DNA of 64,000 nucleotides from Flaccisagitta enflata (Eukaryota), in assembly GCA_965153355.1 (NCBI GenBank), contig OZ231126.1:35960001-36024000 (forward strand), given 5' to 3'. Position 1 is the first letter of the stretch. The number at the start of each line of letters is the position of its first letter. The notes under the pieces are model-generated. The model worked only from the letters and a program-made list of their open reading frames with translations, made no database searches and was not told the origin of the DNA. A program made the position numbers and the translations under genes. Below, in pieces: positions 1-18,530 of the stretch.

Positions 1-52
1 TGAGGGGAAATATTTTTTGGCTCTTTTTTTCTCTTCTGTTACGCTCTATGGG

Positions 53-110
<58 letters not shown>

Positions 111-287
111 TTTGTCGATTTCCTCTTCGTTACCCTTCTCACACACCTACTTTCAATTCTCGACAGCACCTATTTTATCACAGAATCTTTTTTTTATTTT
201 CATTTCCCGTGCAGGCTTTCTCACTGGCTCGCTCCGATGCGCGGTGATGACGACGCTTGACAAAACGACAACAACTTCTTTATCAAC

Positions 288-1025
<738 letters not shown>

Positions 1026-1075
1026 ATAAGAAGCCAAACTCAGCGACAAAGGCAAGTACCGATACAGCGTAAGGA

Positions 1076-2941
1076 AAACAAGCCCAACAGGCCAACAGTC
1101 GCGTGCTAAGTTACACAAAACTACACAACTTCATACTACACACAACTACATAACTTCATACTACATACTTAACATACTACATACTTACTACATACTTACA
1201 TACTACATACTTACATACTTACATACTTACATTATTACATACTTAACTAATTACATACTTACATATTTACATACTTACATATTTACTTACATACTTACAT
1301 ACATACTACATACTTACATACATACTACATACTTACATACTTACATACATACTACATACTTACATACTTACATACATACTTACTTACATACATACTTACT
1401 TACATACTTACTTACATACTTACATACTTACTTACATACTTACATACTTACTTACATACTTACATACATACATACTTACATACATACATACATACATACA
1501 TACTTACATACTTACATACATACATACTTACATACTTACATACTTACATATTTACATACTTACATACATACTTACTTACATACTTACTTTCATACTTACT
1601 TACATACCTACATACTTACATACTTACATACTTACCTACATACTTACATACTTACCTACATACTTACATACTTACCTACTTACATACTTACATACTTACT
1701 TACATACTTACATACTTACCTATATACTCACATACTTACGTACTTACATACTTACATTCTTACATACTTACATACTTACATACTTACATACTTACATACT
1801 TACATACTTACTTACATACATACTTACATACTTACATACTTACATACCTACATACTTACATACTTACTTACATACTTACATACATACTCTCATACTTACA
1901 TACTTACCTACTTTCATACTTACATACTTACTTACTTACATACTTACCTACACACTTACATACTTACCTGCACACTTACATACTTGCCTACATACTTACA
2001 TACTTATGTACTAACATACTGTCAAATCTACATATTCTCAACAAAGGCATAGACATAGCTATAGCTATAGCTATTGGGCTCCTAACATTATAATATACTA
2101 ACATAATAGCATAATTACATAATAACATGATAACATAATAACATATTTACAAAATAACATATTGACATAATGACATTATCACAATATTACATAACATAAT
2201 TTACAAAAAGTACCCTTAAGTAACGCATATTATCACATAATCACATAGTCAGATAATCACATATGCCCAACAGGTTAACAGTTGCGTGCTCTGTTTTACA
2301 AAAACACACACAACTATGTACATATTCCTTCCTTCCTTCCTTCCTTCTTTCCCTCCTTCCTTCCCCCTTCTTTCTATCATTTCTTCCTTCCTCCTTTCTT
2401 TCATACCCTACATTCCACAACGCAATTTCCACAATGTTCCACTATGTGCCACAATGCTCAAAAATGTCCCACAATGTCCCACTATGTTCCACAATGTTTT
2501 TAAAATATAAATACATCAATATATTCTAAAAATACCCAAAAATACCTGAAAATACCTACAAATACCTGCAAATACAAAAAAAAAATATCCAACGTACTCA
2601 AAAATACCCAAAAATACCCAAAAACACCCAAAAAACACCCAAAAATACCCAAAACACCCAAAAACACCCAAAAACACCCAAAAATACCCAAAAATACCTG
2701 AAAATACCCAAAAGTATCTGAAAGTACCCTAAAATACCTTAAGTACCTGAAATAACTTAAGTACCCTAAAGTACCCTGAAGTACCCTAAAGTACCCTGAA
2801 GTACCCTAAAGTACCCTGAAATACCCTAGAGTACCTTAACGTACCTTAAAAAACCTTAAAAAGTCATAATTTCAAAAACGTGACGGACGGACCTACCGAC
2901 CGACACGGCAAGGTGTAGAGTCGCGTGCACGCGACTAAAAA
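1076..2941 (-). mobile_element. HINE/DINE-1-like element (family A) expanded by internal tandem arrays
   Basis: 5' end at 2880-2941 is the reverse complement of tttttagtcgcgtgcacgcgactctacac..gtcggtcgg. A matching agtcgcgtgc plus tail lies at 1076-1106, and a second 3'-end-like motif at ~2265-2289. Internal (ACATACTT)n and 10-bp AAAAATACCC/AAGTACCCT arrays. Confidence 0.75.
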
Positions 2942-4659
2942 TGTCAATGAAAGAACCCACGTTGTTCAATTTCCTTCCCTTCACCCTCGAAATCGACCAT
3001 AAACGTCATAAGAAGGGGTTCAAGAAAAGCTGCAAAAGGCCTCTCCGTTTGAAAATGGGCCGCGTTTCTCATAAAACATGACTGCAATAAAAAAAAAAGC
3101 ACATGTCACGATTTTAAGTGTAGCACCAGACACACAGAGAGAAAGAGGGAGAAAAAAAAGAGGCGAAGAATGACAGAAAAAGTGCAATGAACTTTACATA
3201 TCAGAGGGACTTTTTTATTTGAAAGAATGATATGAATGTTTTACTCGATGAATGTAATACTTCTTCTACTTGCATTTGTGAAAGAAGCTTTTTGATTCTT
3301 TTTTTTTTCGCTTTTTACTCGCTGGCTATGCGACTCTTTTAAAGGGTTTGTTCCTGGGTAGGTAGGTAGGTATGTTGGTAACGCGATATTTTTGATGGCG
3401 AGAAATTAACTAATATAGTGATTTCTGCCCCTGCCTAGCCACATTACAGCCCCTGCCTTGCCCCCAAACTGCTCCTGCCCACCCACAACACTGCCCCTGC
3501 CCACCCGCCAGCGACTGTATATTGGGCGTGTATCCTTTTTTTTCAAATCTTTCTTAATGCCTTAAATATAAAACAAGTTTTTTTTTTTATCGGCGAAAGT
3601 TGAAAGTGTCTTTTCTCCATTTATACTTTTGCGTTCTGAGAGGCCCAAAGGGGATTGTATCAATGCCGAGCTTCGATTTCCCACGTGGCACCAGGAAAGA
3701 AAACGACCGTAGGTGAGTGTGGGGGAAACAAGCTGTGGGCTTAACCACAGTGGATGAGTTGTGGGGGGGGGCACTGACAGGCAAGCTCGATCGGGCATGA
3801 AACAACAGAGTAGCGAAGAAAACTCTCATAACACGTTTGTCGATCACTTGATTCAGTGTAGGATTTCATCGTTGCCAAAAACAGTCAAGAAACGCAATTT
3901 TTGCACCGGTGTAAAGGACATACCGACCGATGGACGGATAGACTCTCCTTTGGAGATGCGTTTCTTTCGGACGCATCTAAAAACGGGACACGCTTTGGGC
4001 TTAACCACAGTGGGTCACCGGGGTATGGGGAAAACTGGGGTATAGTTGGAATGAAAGGACCGCGGGATGGGTAAAACTGGGATTCATTTGGAATGGAAGT
4101 TTTTATTCTTGTGCTACGTCACTCATACAGTCACTTTTTGGTAAGTTAGTTAATTGCAGAGTTTGTTTCATGGTCATTATTCAATGTACATATACATTTA
4201 TTCATCTTCCATAATTTTAATCATCTGTTTTCGGTAGTTATAAAAAAAGGATAATCTAAGTTATGTAAAAAGATCAGGTCAATTTAATATTCTGAAGTTT
4301 TAGAGGGCATCAATTTAACTATTTCACCAGTTGACAAGATTATGTATTGATGAAGTACACGCAACTATTAGATGTTGGCCTTGTCTAGTTTCTTTTCCTT
4401 TCCATTTCCCACTGGCGTGCATTTCTGCGCGTGATGGGACCGAGTCTTATCGGACGCACGCCACGCATTTAATATTACATCGTACAAGTATTAGAGCAGG
4501 GCCGGTCTCTGAGACCACCTGAATATGATGGGGATGTGTCTTCTGAAGGCCGGAAAACTTTCGGCAAAAAAATTCCGCTCAGGAAAATTCGTCCAACCTC
4601 TACTGCTCTACAGAGGAGAATGTCATATCTTACACTCACTTTTTATCAAAACTTGCCGA

Positions 4660-5530
4660 AATCTTTAAATCTTCATAAAATCATAATTCCTGTCATAGTT
4701 GGAGTAAAACTTTGGGATAGGGCTCATTCGACGCGTATTGCTTAGTAGTTTTTCTGTAAAAAATCTCAGCTCAATCGGTCAAGTGGTTGTAGAGAAATTC
4801 GAATTTCTTTTCAAAAAAGGCAACTTAATTTTACTCTTTTTTTCTGACATGGTTTATAGCTACTCCGTATACCCACGTGTACGCAAGATATGGGTCCCAT
4901 GGCTAAGATAGATCAAAAGTATGACGCACTGGGGTCTAGAAGCCGCGTGGCGAGCCGAGGCGACCCCCAACTAATCGCTCTAAAAAATAGAACTCGCGAA
5001 ATTCTCAAATATTTATAAAATCATAATTCCTGTTCTTATGGGAGTAAAACTTTGGGATAGGGCTCATTCGACGCATATTTCTTAGTAGTTTCTCTCCATC
5101 GGTCAAGCGGTTGCCGAGAAAATTGAATTTCTTTTGCAGAAAGGCCTGAAAATCAGAATTATTTCTCATTTTTATGTTTTAAAACTCAAAGTACGCGTGT
5201 GAACGCATGATGTTGCTCCCATGGCCACGGTAGATCCAAAGTGATGCATTGGGGTGTAAAGGCCGCGTGGCGAGCTGAGGCGACCCACAACTGACCGCTC
5301 AACAACTTATCATTCACCATCAGGTCAAAATCGCTAAGGAACTGAACACACTGAACTCATAAATCTTCATAAAATCTCAATTCCTGTTTTAATTAGTCGT
5401 AAACTTTAAGATAAGGCTTATTCAACGCATAGTTTTAAGTAGTTGTTCTGTAAAAAATTTCAACTCAATCGGTCAAGGGGTTGTCAAGAAAATTGAATTT
5501 CTTTTCCAAAAAAGGCCTTAAAATCAGAAT
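4660..5530. repeat. ~350-bp tandem subrepeats (~2.5 units), probably transposon-internal
   Basis: aaaatcataattcctg..taaaactttgggatagggctcattcgacgc..aatcggtcaag recurs at ~4677, ~5016 and ~5370. Confidence 0.8.
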
Positions 5531-8500
5531 TTTTAGTCGCATGCACGCGACTCTACAACCCGCTTTGTCCGTCGGTCGGTTGGTCGGTTGGTTGGTCACA
5601 CTTTACTTTTTTTATCAATTTCATTTCTTTAAGTTGTTTTTAATCGTTCTAAGTAATTCTAAGACATTCTAAGTCGGAGGAGGGAGGGAAGGCGGCAACT
5701 GTTTGACAAGTAATTCTCCTTGAAAGGTTGTGCTGTTTTTTTTTTCAGCCCAGATTTTGGCTTTAAGATGGGATTTGTGGCTTGAGGTTGGGATTTTGGC
5801 CTCAAGACTGGGATTTGGGCCTTAAGGCTGGGATATGGGCCTCAAGGCTGAGATATGGGCCTGGAGGTGGGGGGGGGAGGGGACAAAGAAGGAGAAGGAG
5901 AAAGAGGAGGAGGAGAAAATTCCCGTGTCAAAGCATAGGTCATCGACCCCTTTGGGGCCGCTGCCCAAAAGGGGTCCGACCAACTGACCAACCAACCGAC
6001 GGACCGACATGGCAGGGTGTTAAGTCGCGTAGCACGCGATGAACTAGTCATCAAAGGATTGCACATGGTCAGCGGTAGCCGATGCCCTGCTGGTAGGGCA
6101 GCGGTCCCAACAGGCCGATGTCCTGTAGAACATAGGGGGGAATTTCGAGACGTCCGTCCATCCGTCCTGAGGGGGCATATTTCAGCTTTTGAGGTCTGGA
6201 GGGTGGATTTGAGGCCTGGGGGAGGCTAATTTCAAGCCAAGAGGGCTGATTTTAGGCCTTGGGGGCTAAGTTGAGGCCTGGGAGGGCTAATTTGAGGCCT
6301 GGGAGGGCTAATTTGAGGCCCAGGAGGGCTAATTTAAGGCCCAGGAGGGCTAATTTAAGGCCCAGGAGGGCTAATTTGATGCTCAATGGGGGATGACGGA
6401 AGGACGGAAGGATGGATGGACGGACAGACGTCTCGAAATTCCCCCCTGTGTTCTACAGGACATCGGCTTTTTGGGGCCGCTGCCCAAAAAAAGTGGTGAA
6501 ACATGAAAACCCCTCAACCACCGGCTTGAAAGATGACCGGATGTGTTGTTATGATATAACAATCATGAAAAGTCGTTAACTTCTAATAACCTGTCAACGG
6601 AAAAAATAATGCGTCAAGGACTACAAGCCAGAGCAAATTGATAAACCTTTTAGATAAATCATTGGATGGCGCGAAATGACGCCTTTCATTGGCGCGCCAC
6701 TTCCAGTTATGGTGAAATTGCTGATTTGGAAATAATTCAGACCAAGCGAATAAGAGAAAGCAGTTACCTTTACGATTCCAGGTGGTACAAACCAACAGTC
6801 ACTCAGGAAGCCTTGTTTTTAGATGCGTCCATGGATCTCTATAAGAGGATTTGTCCGTCCGCTAGTCCGTCCATAACAAACAAGTTGAAAATGATTAAAA
6901 TTCAAGGAAATTACCCAAAATGTTAAGTCATTGCATCATTCCAAATAATTGATGCAATATTGCATCATTCTTAACAAGCTAAGCAGCATGTGGACGCATC
7001 GTTGTACCCCTGGGGTACTTGTTTGGATGCATTCTCCCTAAAGCGATGTCACTTCCATTTTCAAAACAAACATTTTTTGCAAAGAAAATTTGCTAAAATT
7101 TAAGACTGAATGATGTACAAAAGGTTATGTGGGGTTACAGTACTGTCACACACGAGGGGTAAATGGGCGTGTACCCCTCTAAGCGCACACATGGATGCAT
7201 ATGTTCATATGTTTCCGACCGACAAATTGACAGACCGACAGATAAAGCTTCTCAAAGTCGCGAGAATGCGTTTTTAGTCGCGGAAAAGCGACTCTATAAG
7301 AGGCTTTGTCTGTCGGTCAGTCGGTCGGTCAGTTGGTCGGTCCGTCCGTCCGTCACGCTCGAGTCGAAAAGTGGGAAAACACGCATTTCTGCCCCTGCCC
7401 AACCGTCCGCGACTGGTATTGGATATATACAGTATATCCAGCCTTGTTCTTCATTTGTTCATGTTCATAGGAATTAGATTCGAATGGTCAGCGCTCGAGG
7501 CATTATTTGTACAAACTTGTACATTACACACAATTAGACTCAAACATAACATAGGCGGTCTTTATAACAAAATATGGTATCAAAATCACAAGCTTCTAGT
7601 CACCATCTTTTCCCATTTGTGTCAAAACAAACGCCGGAACTCATTTTGTTTGTTCGCTCGCGCTCGCACCGCTCACTCCACTTACTCGCTCTGCAATGCT
7701 CCACTGTGGTACGCTCACTTCGCTATGATCTCTTGCTTGCTTCGTCCACAGGATCGTTCATTCACTTCACACACTCCCTCATGAATGTGTTCATGCTGTA
7801 ATCACGTTTAACAGGAAGAAACATGTTTATGGCCGTCACCGGAAACACACCTTTTTTGGGCAGCGGCCCCAAAGGCTCGGGGTTGCTCGGGGTGGTTTGG
7901 GGTTGGCGCGGGTTTGGCCTGGGGGTTTAATCTCATGTTTTTCTGTTATAGAATATGAGGTGCAGGATGGCACCTGAAAAAATGTGTTAGAAGAATAAGT
8001 GCAAATGGTAAATTCACCCAAACCAGAAGTTGCACGCAAATTAAGTTGTGGCGTGTACGGTAATTAAATCAGCTAACGATTATGAACATGTACAGATCAT
8101 AGCTAGATCAAGGTAGTTTAACAAGCCACCATGAGCGCTACAATGTAGTTCTTAAAGAAGAAAAAGGATTTTGCTCAAACTGGAAGTGGTACGCCATTTC
8201 GCGTCTTTTAGCGTTGTTTCGTTTAATTTAATGTTGACCTAGACTATAAATAATGATGAACTCAAAATTCGCGCTAAAAATGGTAAAAAATACTCTTTTT
8301 GGCTTGTCCAATACATTTAATTTGCGGAAGAAACTTGGCAAGCTCCGTTATGGAAAAAGTTGATAATGAAGAAAAGAATGACGTCACCATACGTGAGCAC
8401 TGAGAGTTTGGTTGAAAACTCCCAAGCGGGATTTTTTTGCCGAAAGTTTTCCGGCCTTCAGAACACACTTTCTGATCATAATCAGACGGTTTCAGAAACC

Positions 8501-8671
8501 GGCCCTGCTCAAATGCTTGTACGATGTCATATCAAATGCGTGACGCGTTGGCCTTTACGGCCGACGCGACAAAACTTCAACTCACAAAATGAAACAAATG
8601 TGAATTTTTGAAAGATAAGGATGGATCATTTACAAACTGGGAAAAGTGTGTGAGTATACGTGTGTGTGTAT

Positions 8672-9778
<1,107 letters not shown>

Positions 9779-10340
9779 CAAAACAGAGATCCGTTCATGT
9801 AGAGCCAAGTACAATCATTTTCTTCCGTTGCCTATATCTCGCTGTCTTCTTCCAATTTGTCGCTTGAATGATTTCTTACAAATCCATCACTTCCGGAAAA
9901 CAACAGACTTCTCTTTTTTTTTCTATTCAACTCAAACTCGTAGATGAACTGTAGTTATCAGCGGCCTATTTGTATTGATAATTTCGGTAATTCCCCACAA
10001 TGTCGGGTGGACTTTTCAATGGCTGGGAACAGATTATCTTTCAACATTGAGACGACTGTCGGGACAACATTGCATTATAAAACAAATTAAGATGAAAGGA
10101 TAAGAGCGATAGTGTCAATTTGCCATGTTTGGTGGAGACTATAATAACTCTCACTTATTTACATGGACTAAACTTCAAATGGTTATAACTGTTCCATTAT
10201 TTTGAAGCTTTGAATTGATTCATTCATTCATTTCGTTCATTCATTTAAAACGTCCATTCATTTTTAATCAGCGAAGCACATATTTTGGCCTTGTTTTCCA
10301 TTTTCAGTGCTTATCAACTATTTAATAAGTGAGTAAATGT

Positions 10341-10642
10341 ATGGTCAAATCCGAATCTCGTGTTCCTCGCGGGTGATTTGTAACCATTTCCATCAAAAAA
10401 GATAACTCTAAAATCCGATGATGATCAGCTAAAGTTTACTCATGACCGCCATCCCAACCCCTTTCCCATGATAAAATATAGGAAACATTTGAGGTTAAAA
10501 TACGTTCTTTTCCATGGGAATTAAAGGGGGTGTCGGCCATGAGTAAACTTACTTTGATTACAGCCAGCTTTGAGAGTTCTTATAAGTGATGTAAACGGTC
10601 ACAATTCTCCTGTTTGGAACACGAGATTCAAATGTGACCACA
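10341..10642. mobile_element. Decayed ~300-bp hairpin/MITE
   Basis: Imperfect inverted arms: gaatctcgtgttcc / ggaacacgagattc, aagtttactcatg / catgagtaaactt, ttcccatg / catgggaa. No TSD seen. Confidence 0.6.
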
Positions 10643-11248
10643 CTTTAAGACACTCTCCTCTTTAAGCTCCCAAGGTTGCCGTGTATCCGGCCTTGTTCCT
10701 CCACTTCTCTCGTTCGTGGGTTGCAAAAAAAATAGAGAAAATACTCACGCTACACAACGATCATTGGGAGAGGCGAAAAAGTCTGGAATGGGTGAAGCTG
10801 ATTGACTGCTCCGAGGTCAATCCGCCAAAAATGCCGGCAACTTACAACGAGAAAGACAAAGAGAGAGATTTAGTCCAAGAGTCCAAGTAAAGACTCGGGG
10901 TTACATTTACAGTCACTACGTGGGCAGAATTTTGATTCTATTATGAGATTTGTTGCACGATTTTTCCGAGGATTATATTTTCGTTGTATTTCCTTTTTTC
11001 CTTTCGTGTACTCTTTCTTTTACGTCGTTTTTTTGTTGTTGGGGTGACATGGGGATTGAAACAGAGCAATTCGGTTTTAGTAAAGCATCACTTTTAACAG
11101 CTGCTCGGTTAAGTCAAAAATGGCGAAAGAGAGAGGGAGAAAAAAAAAGAGGTTTACGATAATCTCCGTGATTGTAACCAAAATCCAGAATGTTTGCTTT
11201 AGATGCGTGAAAGCAAATAGAATAGAGCGGCGGAACGAAAGAAAAAAG

Positions 11249-13122
<1,874 letters not shown>

Positions 13123-14071
13123 TAGTTCATCAAACAGTTTTTATTCATAACACAATATTGATAACCTCAATTTGAAAATGAGTTGCAAAAGTCGCCTAAA
13201 AAGGCCAACAGTCAGAAAAGAAAACAAGTGATGCGAGGTCACAATATTGTTGCGGATGGATGGGTAGGGGCGGCCAACCCCCATCCACACCCAACGTCCC
13301 ACGCAACCCCCTTTCCAACACAGTCACATACAATAAAAGCTCCTAAAACGCTCCTTTTCCCATTTTTCGACTCGTGCTGACGGACGTATGGACCAACGGA
13401 CCAACGGACCAACGGACCAACGGACCAACGGACCAACGCACAAAGCCTCTTATAGAATTCCGTGTCCGCAACTTAAAAAGGATGAACTAGCATAAACAGA
13501 GAGAACGGCGGGGAAAGAGTAAAAACTCGATGCGGAGAATGGAAGATAAAAATGGAAAAAAGAACAGAAATGGTAGAAAAAATGGAACCAAAAAGACCAG
13601 CAACGATAGAAAGCCAGAAAAGGAGGGCAAAATCATGGTAAAAAGACGAAGGAAAAAAGACGGAGGACCTAAATAGAAATCAAAAGAAAGTGGACAGATT
13701 TGAGAAAAGAGCATAAAGAATAATAAAACAGAAAAGAAGGCCTTATACACTCCTCCCAGTCGCGGACGGGTGGGCAGGAGCGGAATAGCAAAAAAAAAAA
13801 AAAAAAAGCTACGGTTTGTTTTGGTTACCGACGGACCGACGGACCGACCGACACAGCAAGGTCTAAAGTCGCGAGTCCGCGAATAAAAATGGACGAAAAA
13901 GATTTTAACCGAAGGAAGATGAGGGAAAGATTGACAAACAGGCGTTTGGAGGGAAGAGTCTTTTGAAGGGTGAGGAAGGGCAATGAAAGATCCGGAAAAG
14001 AAAGAAAATAAAGGAAAAGACCCAAAGAGGAAAAAAGTCTGAATGAGCCGGAAATAGGACAGAAACATCGG

Positions 14072-14548
14072 AAAATCTGGACGGGGACGAACAATGTAAA
14101 TGTGGAGAGTGGTTCGAGGGCAGAAATGTAGTTGCCGATGAAAGAACTAATTACTATTTAGACTGTAAAAATCTGGACGGGGACGAACAATGTAAATGTG
14201 AAGAGTGGTTCGGGGGCAGAAATGTAGTTGCCGATGAAAGAACTAATTACTATCTAGACTGTAAAAATCTGGACGGGGACGAACAATGTAAATGTGGAGA
14301 GTGGTTCGAGGGCAGAAATGTAGTTGCCGATGAAAGAACTAATTACTATCTAGACTGTAAAAATCTGGAGGGGACGAACAATGTAAATGTGAAGAGTGGT
14401 TCGGGGGCAGAAATGTAGTTGCCGATGAAAGAACCAAGCACTATCCAGGCTGTAAAAATATGGGACGAACAATGTAAATGTGGAGAGAAGTTCGAGGGCA
14501 GAAATGTAGTTGCCTATGGAAATACTGATAACTATCTAGACCGTAAAA
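14072..14548. repeat. 96-bp minisatellite, 5 units
   Basis: atctgg anchor at 14075, 14171, 14267, 14363; fifth unit degenerate. Confidence 0.95.
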
Positions 14549-14687
14549 AGATTCCCATCTGTTGCTCCTTATACGAATGCAGTTAAATCAATCAGATCAT
14601 TTTTTAGAGACTTATCTGAACCCTTTTAAACGCAACATAACTGGGGTTGGCAGCTCAATTTCTCTAAGGGCAGTACTTACCTTAGTC

Positions 14688-14844
14688 TTTTTAGTCGCGG
14701 ACTCGCGACTCTAGAACTTGCCGCGTCGGTCGGTCGGTCGGTCGGTCGGTCGGTCGGTAACCAAAACAAAATGCGAGCGTTTTCTTGCTATTCCGCTCCT
14801 GCCCACCCGTCCGCGACTTACGGGGAGTGTATACGGCCTTGTTT
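14688..14844 (+). mobile_element. HINE-like family A variant; further copies at ~3311-3535(+), 5530-5660(+), 5970-6045(-), 7271-7450(+), 13200-13477(-), 13735-13890(-), 16400-16566(+), 19188-19372(+), 23876-24021(+), 24654-24800(+), 28885-29282(-), 63043-63248(+), 63246-63605(+)
   Basis: Shared architecture: T-run, agtcgcg..cgcgactct palindrome, (gtcg)n microsatellite, ctcctgcccacccgtccgcgact, and gtgtat(a/c)cggccttgttt end. Confidence 0.8.
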
Positions 14845-15342
14845 CAGGTGGGAAGATCATATTTTTTAAATAGTAAAAAAAGAAAAAAAGAAAACAGGGA
14901 AAGAAAATAAACAGAGCCGACAGAAAAGAGACCGGAAGAAAAGATTAACAAGATTAAATCCGGGATGAAAAAACAAGTATCGGGAGACATCAAAAAGACA
15001 GAGGAAAAGGACATTAGGGAACATAATAGATGAAGGAAGTGGATAAAATAGACGATAAAGAAGGTGAGAGGTGAAGGATCTGGGGAAATGCACGACAAAA
15101 TGACGACGAAAAAAGTGTCTCTTAATCATGGTTGTGAAGTACATGTAAAGATAAGCATACCAACTAGCAGGCAAGTTGATAAATTCACGCAAGAATTTTC
15201 CCACAGCCCCAGAGCAGAATATGGGCAGCCGAAAACGCGCCCGGCTTGATTCAGGCCAGAAAGCTGTTGTTTGAGCCTCATAGACCAAGATTCAAACATA
15301 ACTTGAGATGCTGGGCTTTTCAACTTGCAGGCTTTGGGAAAG

Positions 15343-15866
<524 letters not shown>

Positions 15867-17288
15867 TGAGCTGAGATGATGGCCGACATTTAGGAGGGAG
15901 GTTTTCAGGGATGGATAAAAATCCGAGATAAGGAGGAATGAAAACCGACAAAATGGCGAACGATTATGTCATCCACGTCACCTCGAATTTTCCCTCGTTA
16001 TGGCACTCAAGGTATAGGGATTCTTAAAAGGCTGGGCGCCTGATGGCGCTTTCAGAACGGAAATTATGATAAGAATTCCGTGATAACATTGATTTGGCCA
16101 TGAGGAATTCAAAACCAAGCGCACGGAGAGCGCAAGACATTGTGTCTGTACTGAGCTCAATATTTGTCCACCTCCTTTCAGTGACGACAATGTGTTACAG
16201 GGTCATCAATCTCGATTGGGAAAAAGTATTAAGCTTATACTCTCAGATGCTTCTTCTCAATGACCTGGAATTGATTTTCCTATATAGTACTATGTTTGAC
16301 GCTTTTTGTGTCCAAATATTATTGATCTGTGTCAATTATTTTGTCCACAATATCAATTTGAAGTAAAACAAGTATTTGTGGCTGAAGCTCAATTCATCTT
16401 TTTAGGCGTGGACACGCGACTCTACACCTTGCCGTGTCGGTTGGTAGGTCGGTAGGTTGGTCCATCCGTTTGTCCGTCCGTCACATTTTTGAATTCCATG
16501 CGGTTTTCTCATTACTGCTCCTGCCCAACCGTCCGTGACTGGATTGCCGTGCATCTGGCCTTGTTTTCATCAATACTAAGTTTCCTTCATTTTTGATCAG
16601 TTTGAGCTTCAAATGCTAAAATAGTCTCAAATAACAAATGTTTTTTTTTTAAATTCATAATGATATCTTCAACTGTGACAAATTTGACATTTGCTGCTCA
16701 ATCCAATGAGAAATAAGAGCAAATCAAAGCAAAACGGTTTTGATGAACTAAGGCTAAATTTAGCTATATCTGAAAATACTTGTTTTTCTTTAAATTGATG
16801 TTGTGGAGAAAGTCACAAAAAACGTCAAGCAAAGCACTGTAAAAGAAAACAAATTCCAGACCAGTGAGGAGAAGCAACTTTTTCCCAGTCCAGATTGATG
16901 ACCCTGTTGTGTGTACGTGAGTGTGTTTGTGTGTGTGTGTTTGTGTGTTTGGGTGTGTGTTTGTGTGTGTGTGTGTGTGTGTGCATTTTTATGCACGCTT
17001 CTGTGCGTGTTGAGCTTCTTATTCCAAGTGCAAGAATCGAAGAAATGGAAGTTTTGTGTCCACGCTTTCAAACCAGCAGCAAAAGAAAGGCGGAAAAATT
17101 GTTTCCTCGAGCCAGGAATCAAGTAGAGGTAATCCCGAGTCTAGAGGGCTTCAGCGCGGAGAAAAACGAAAACCTGAAAAACATGGACGAGGAAGAAAAG
17201 TCCTCTTCTGGAGATCTGGTATTGAAAGAGGTGGAAAATGAGAGGAGATTAAAGAGGTTTGTAGGGCGGCAAAAAGGGAAAGTGCAGA

Positions 17289-17663
<375 letters not shown>

Positions 17664-18433
17664 GAGAAATGAAAATATAGAAAGACACGGTCACTCAGAA
17701 ATATCGTATTATCTATGATGGATAAACTCAATGTGATGTTGAAAGTTAGAAAACATCAAAGCATAGTAATGGGCAGAATAAAATAAAGAAAGTAAAACGA
17801 GGAAAGAAGGATGAAAATAAGTAAGAGGGACAATAGATTTCGCTTTCAACTTCCAACAATAGCGTGTTGTAATCAAGAGTGACAGTGCAGATGACAAGAC
17901 CTGACTCGTTAACTGTTGCGATTGGCTTGTTTTTGATCATCGCTTTTTTTTTCAAGGCCAAAGAACGTCCATAACAGGTCATGTCCGCTGATTGGGCTGT
18001 CTGTCTGTCTGACCGTCTGTTGGTCGGTAACGCACTCGGTGGATGATTAACGCGGCGCCTTGTTGTCCCTTCGAGGGCTTGTTTCAGACTAACCACCGAA
18101 ACACAGATCTATTGTGGATTGCAGAAGGGACCTGAAGGGTAACCGGATTTAAGTCTCTCTTGCTAATTAACAGGCCGGTGAACTATTATTTGCATAGAGC
18201 AAAAGAAGCTAATGAAAGAATAACATTTCTTCTGCAAAGAAAAAGTCAGATCAGAATCAGAAAAGGAAAATTGAAAGCTTGTGAGAAAAAGGAAAGAGAA
18301 ATGCGGGGACATGTGGAGATAGAGGAAGAGGTATGGGGACAAGACGTGGTCCTTTTGAATCGAGAAAGGATATGAGCTGATCCCGCAAATAAATGGCAAG
18401 AATGGTGAAAAAAAAGGAAAGAATGGGGGGGGG

Positions 18434-18530
<97 letters not shown>

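Noticed and set aside
3640-3718. Plus-strand exon ending at GTGAGT
   Set aside because: Only a donor motif; no clear acceptor, recognisable peptide or partner exon.
14072-14548. CRISPR-like array
   Set aside because: Whole units repeat with no unique spacers, no cas genes, and the context is eukaryotic.
14688-14844. tRNA-derived SINE interpretation of family A
   Set aside because: No Pol III A/B boxes, poly-A tail or TSD seen; the subterminal IR, microsatellite and T-run flanks fit a HINE/DINE-1-type element better.
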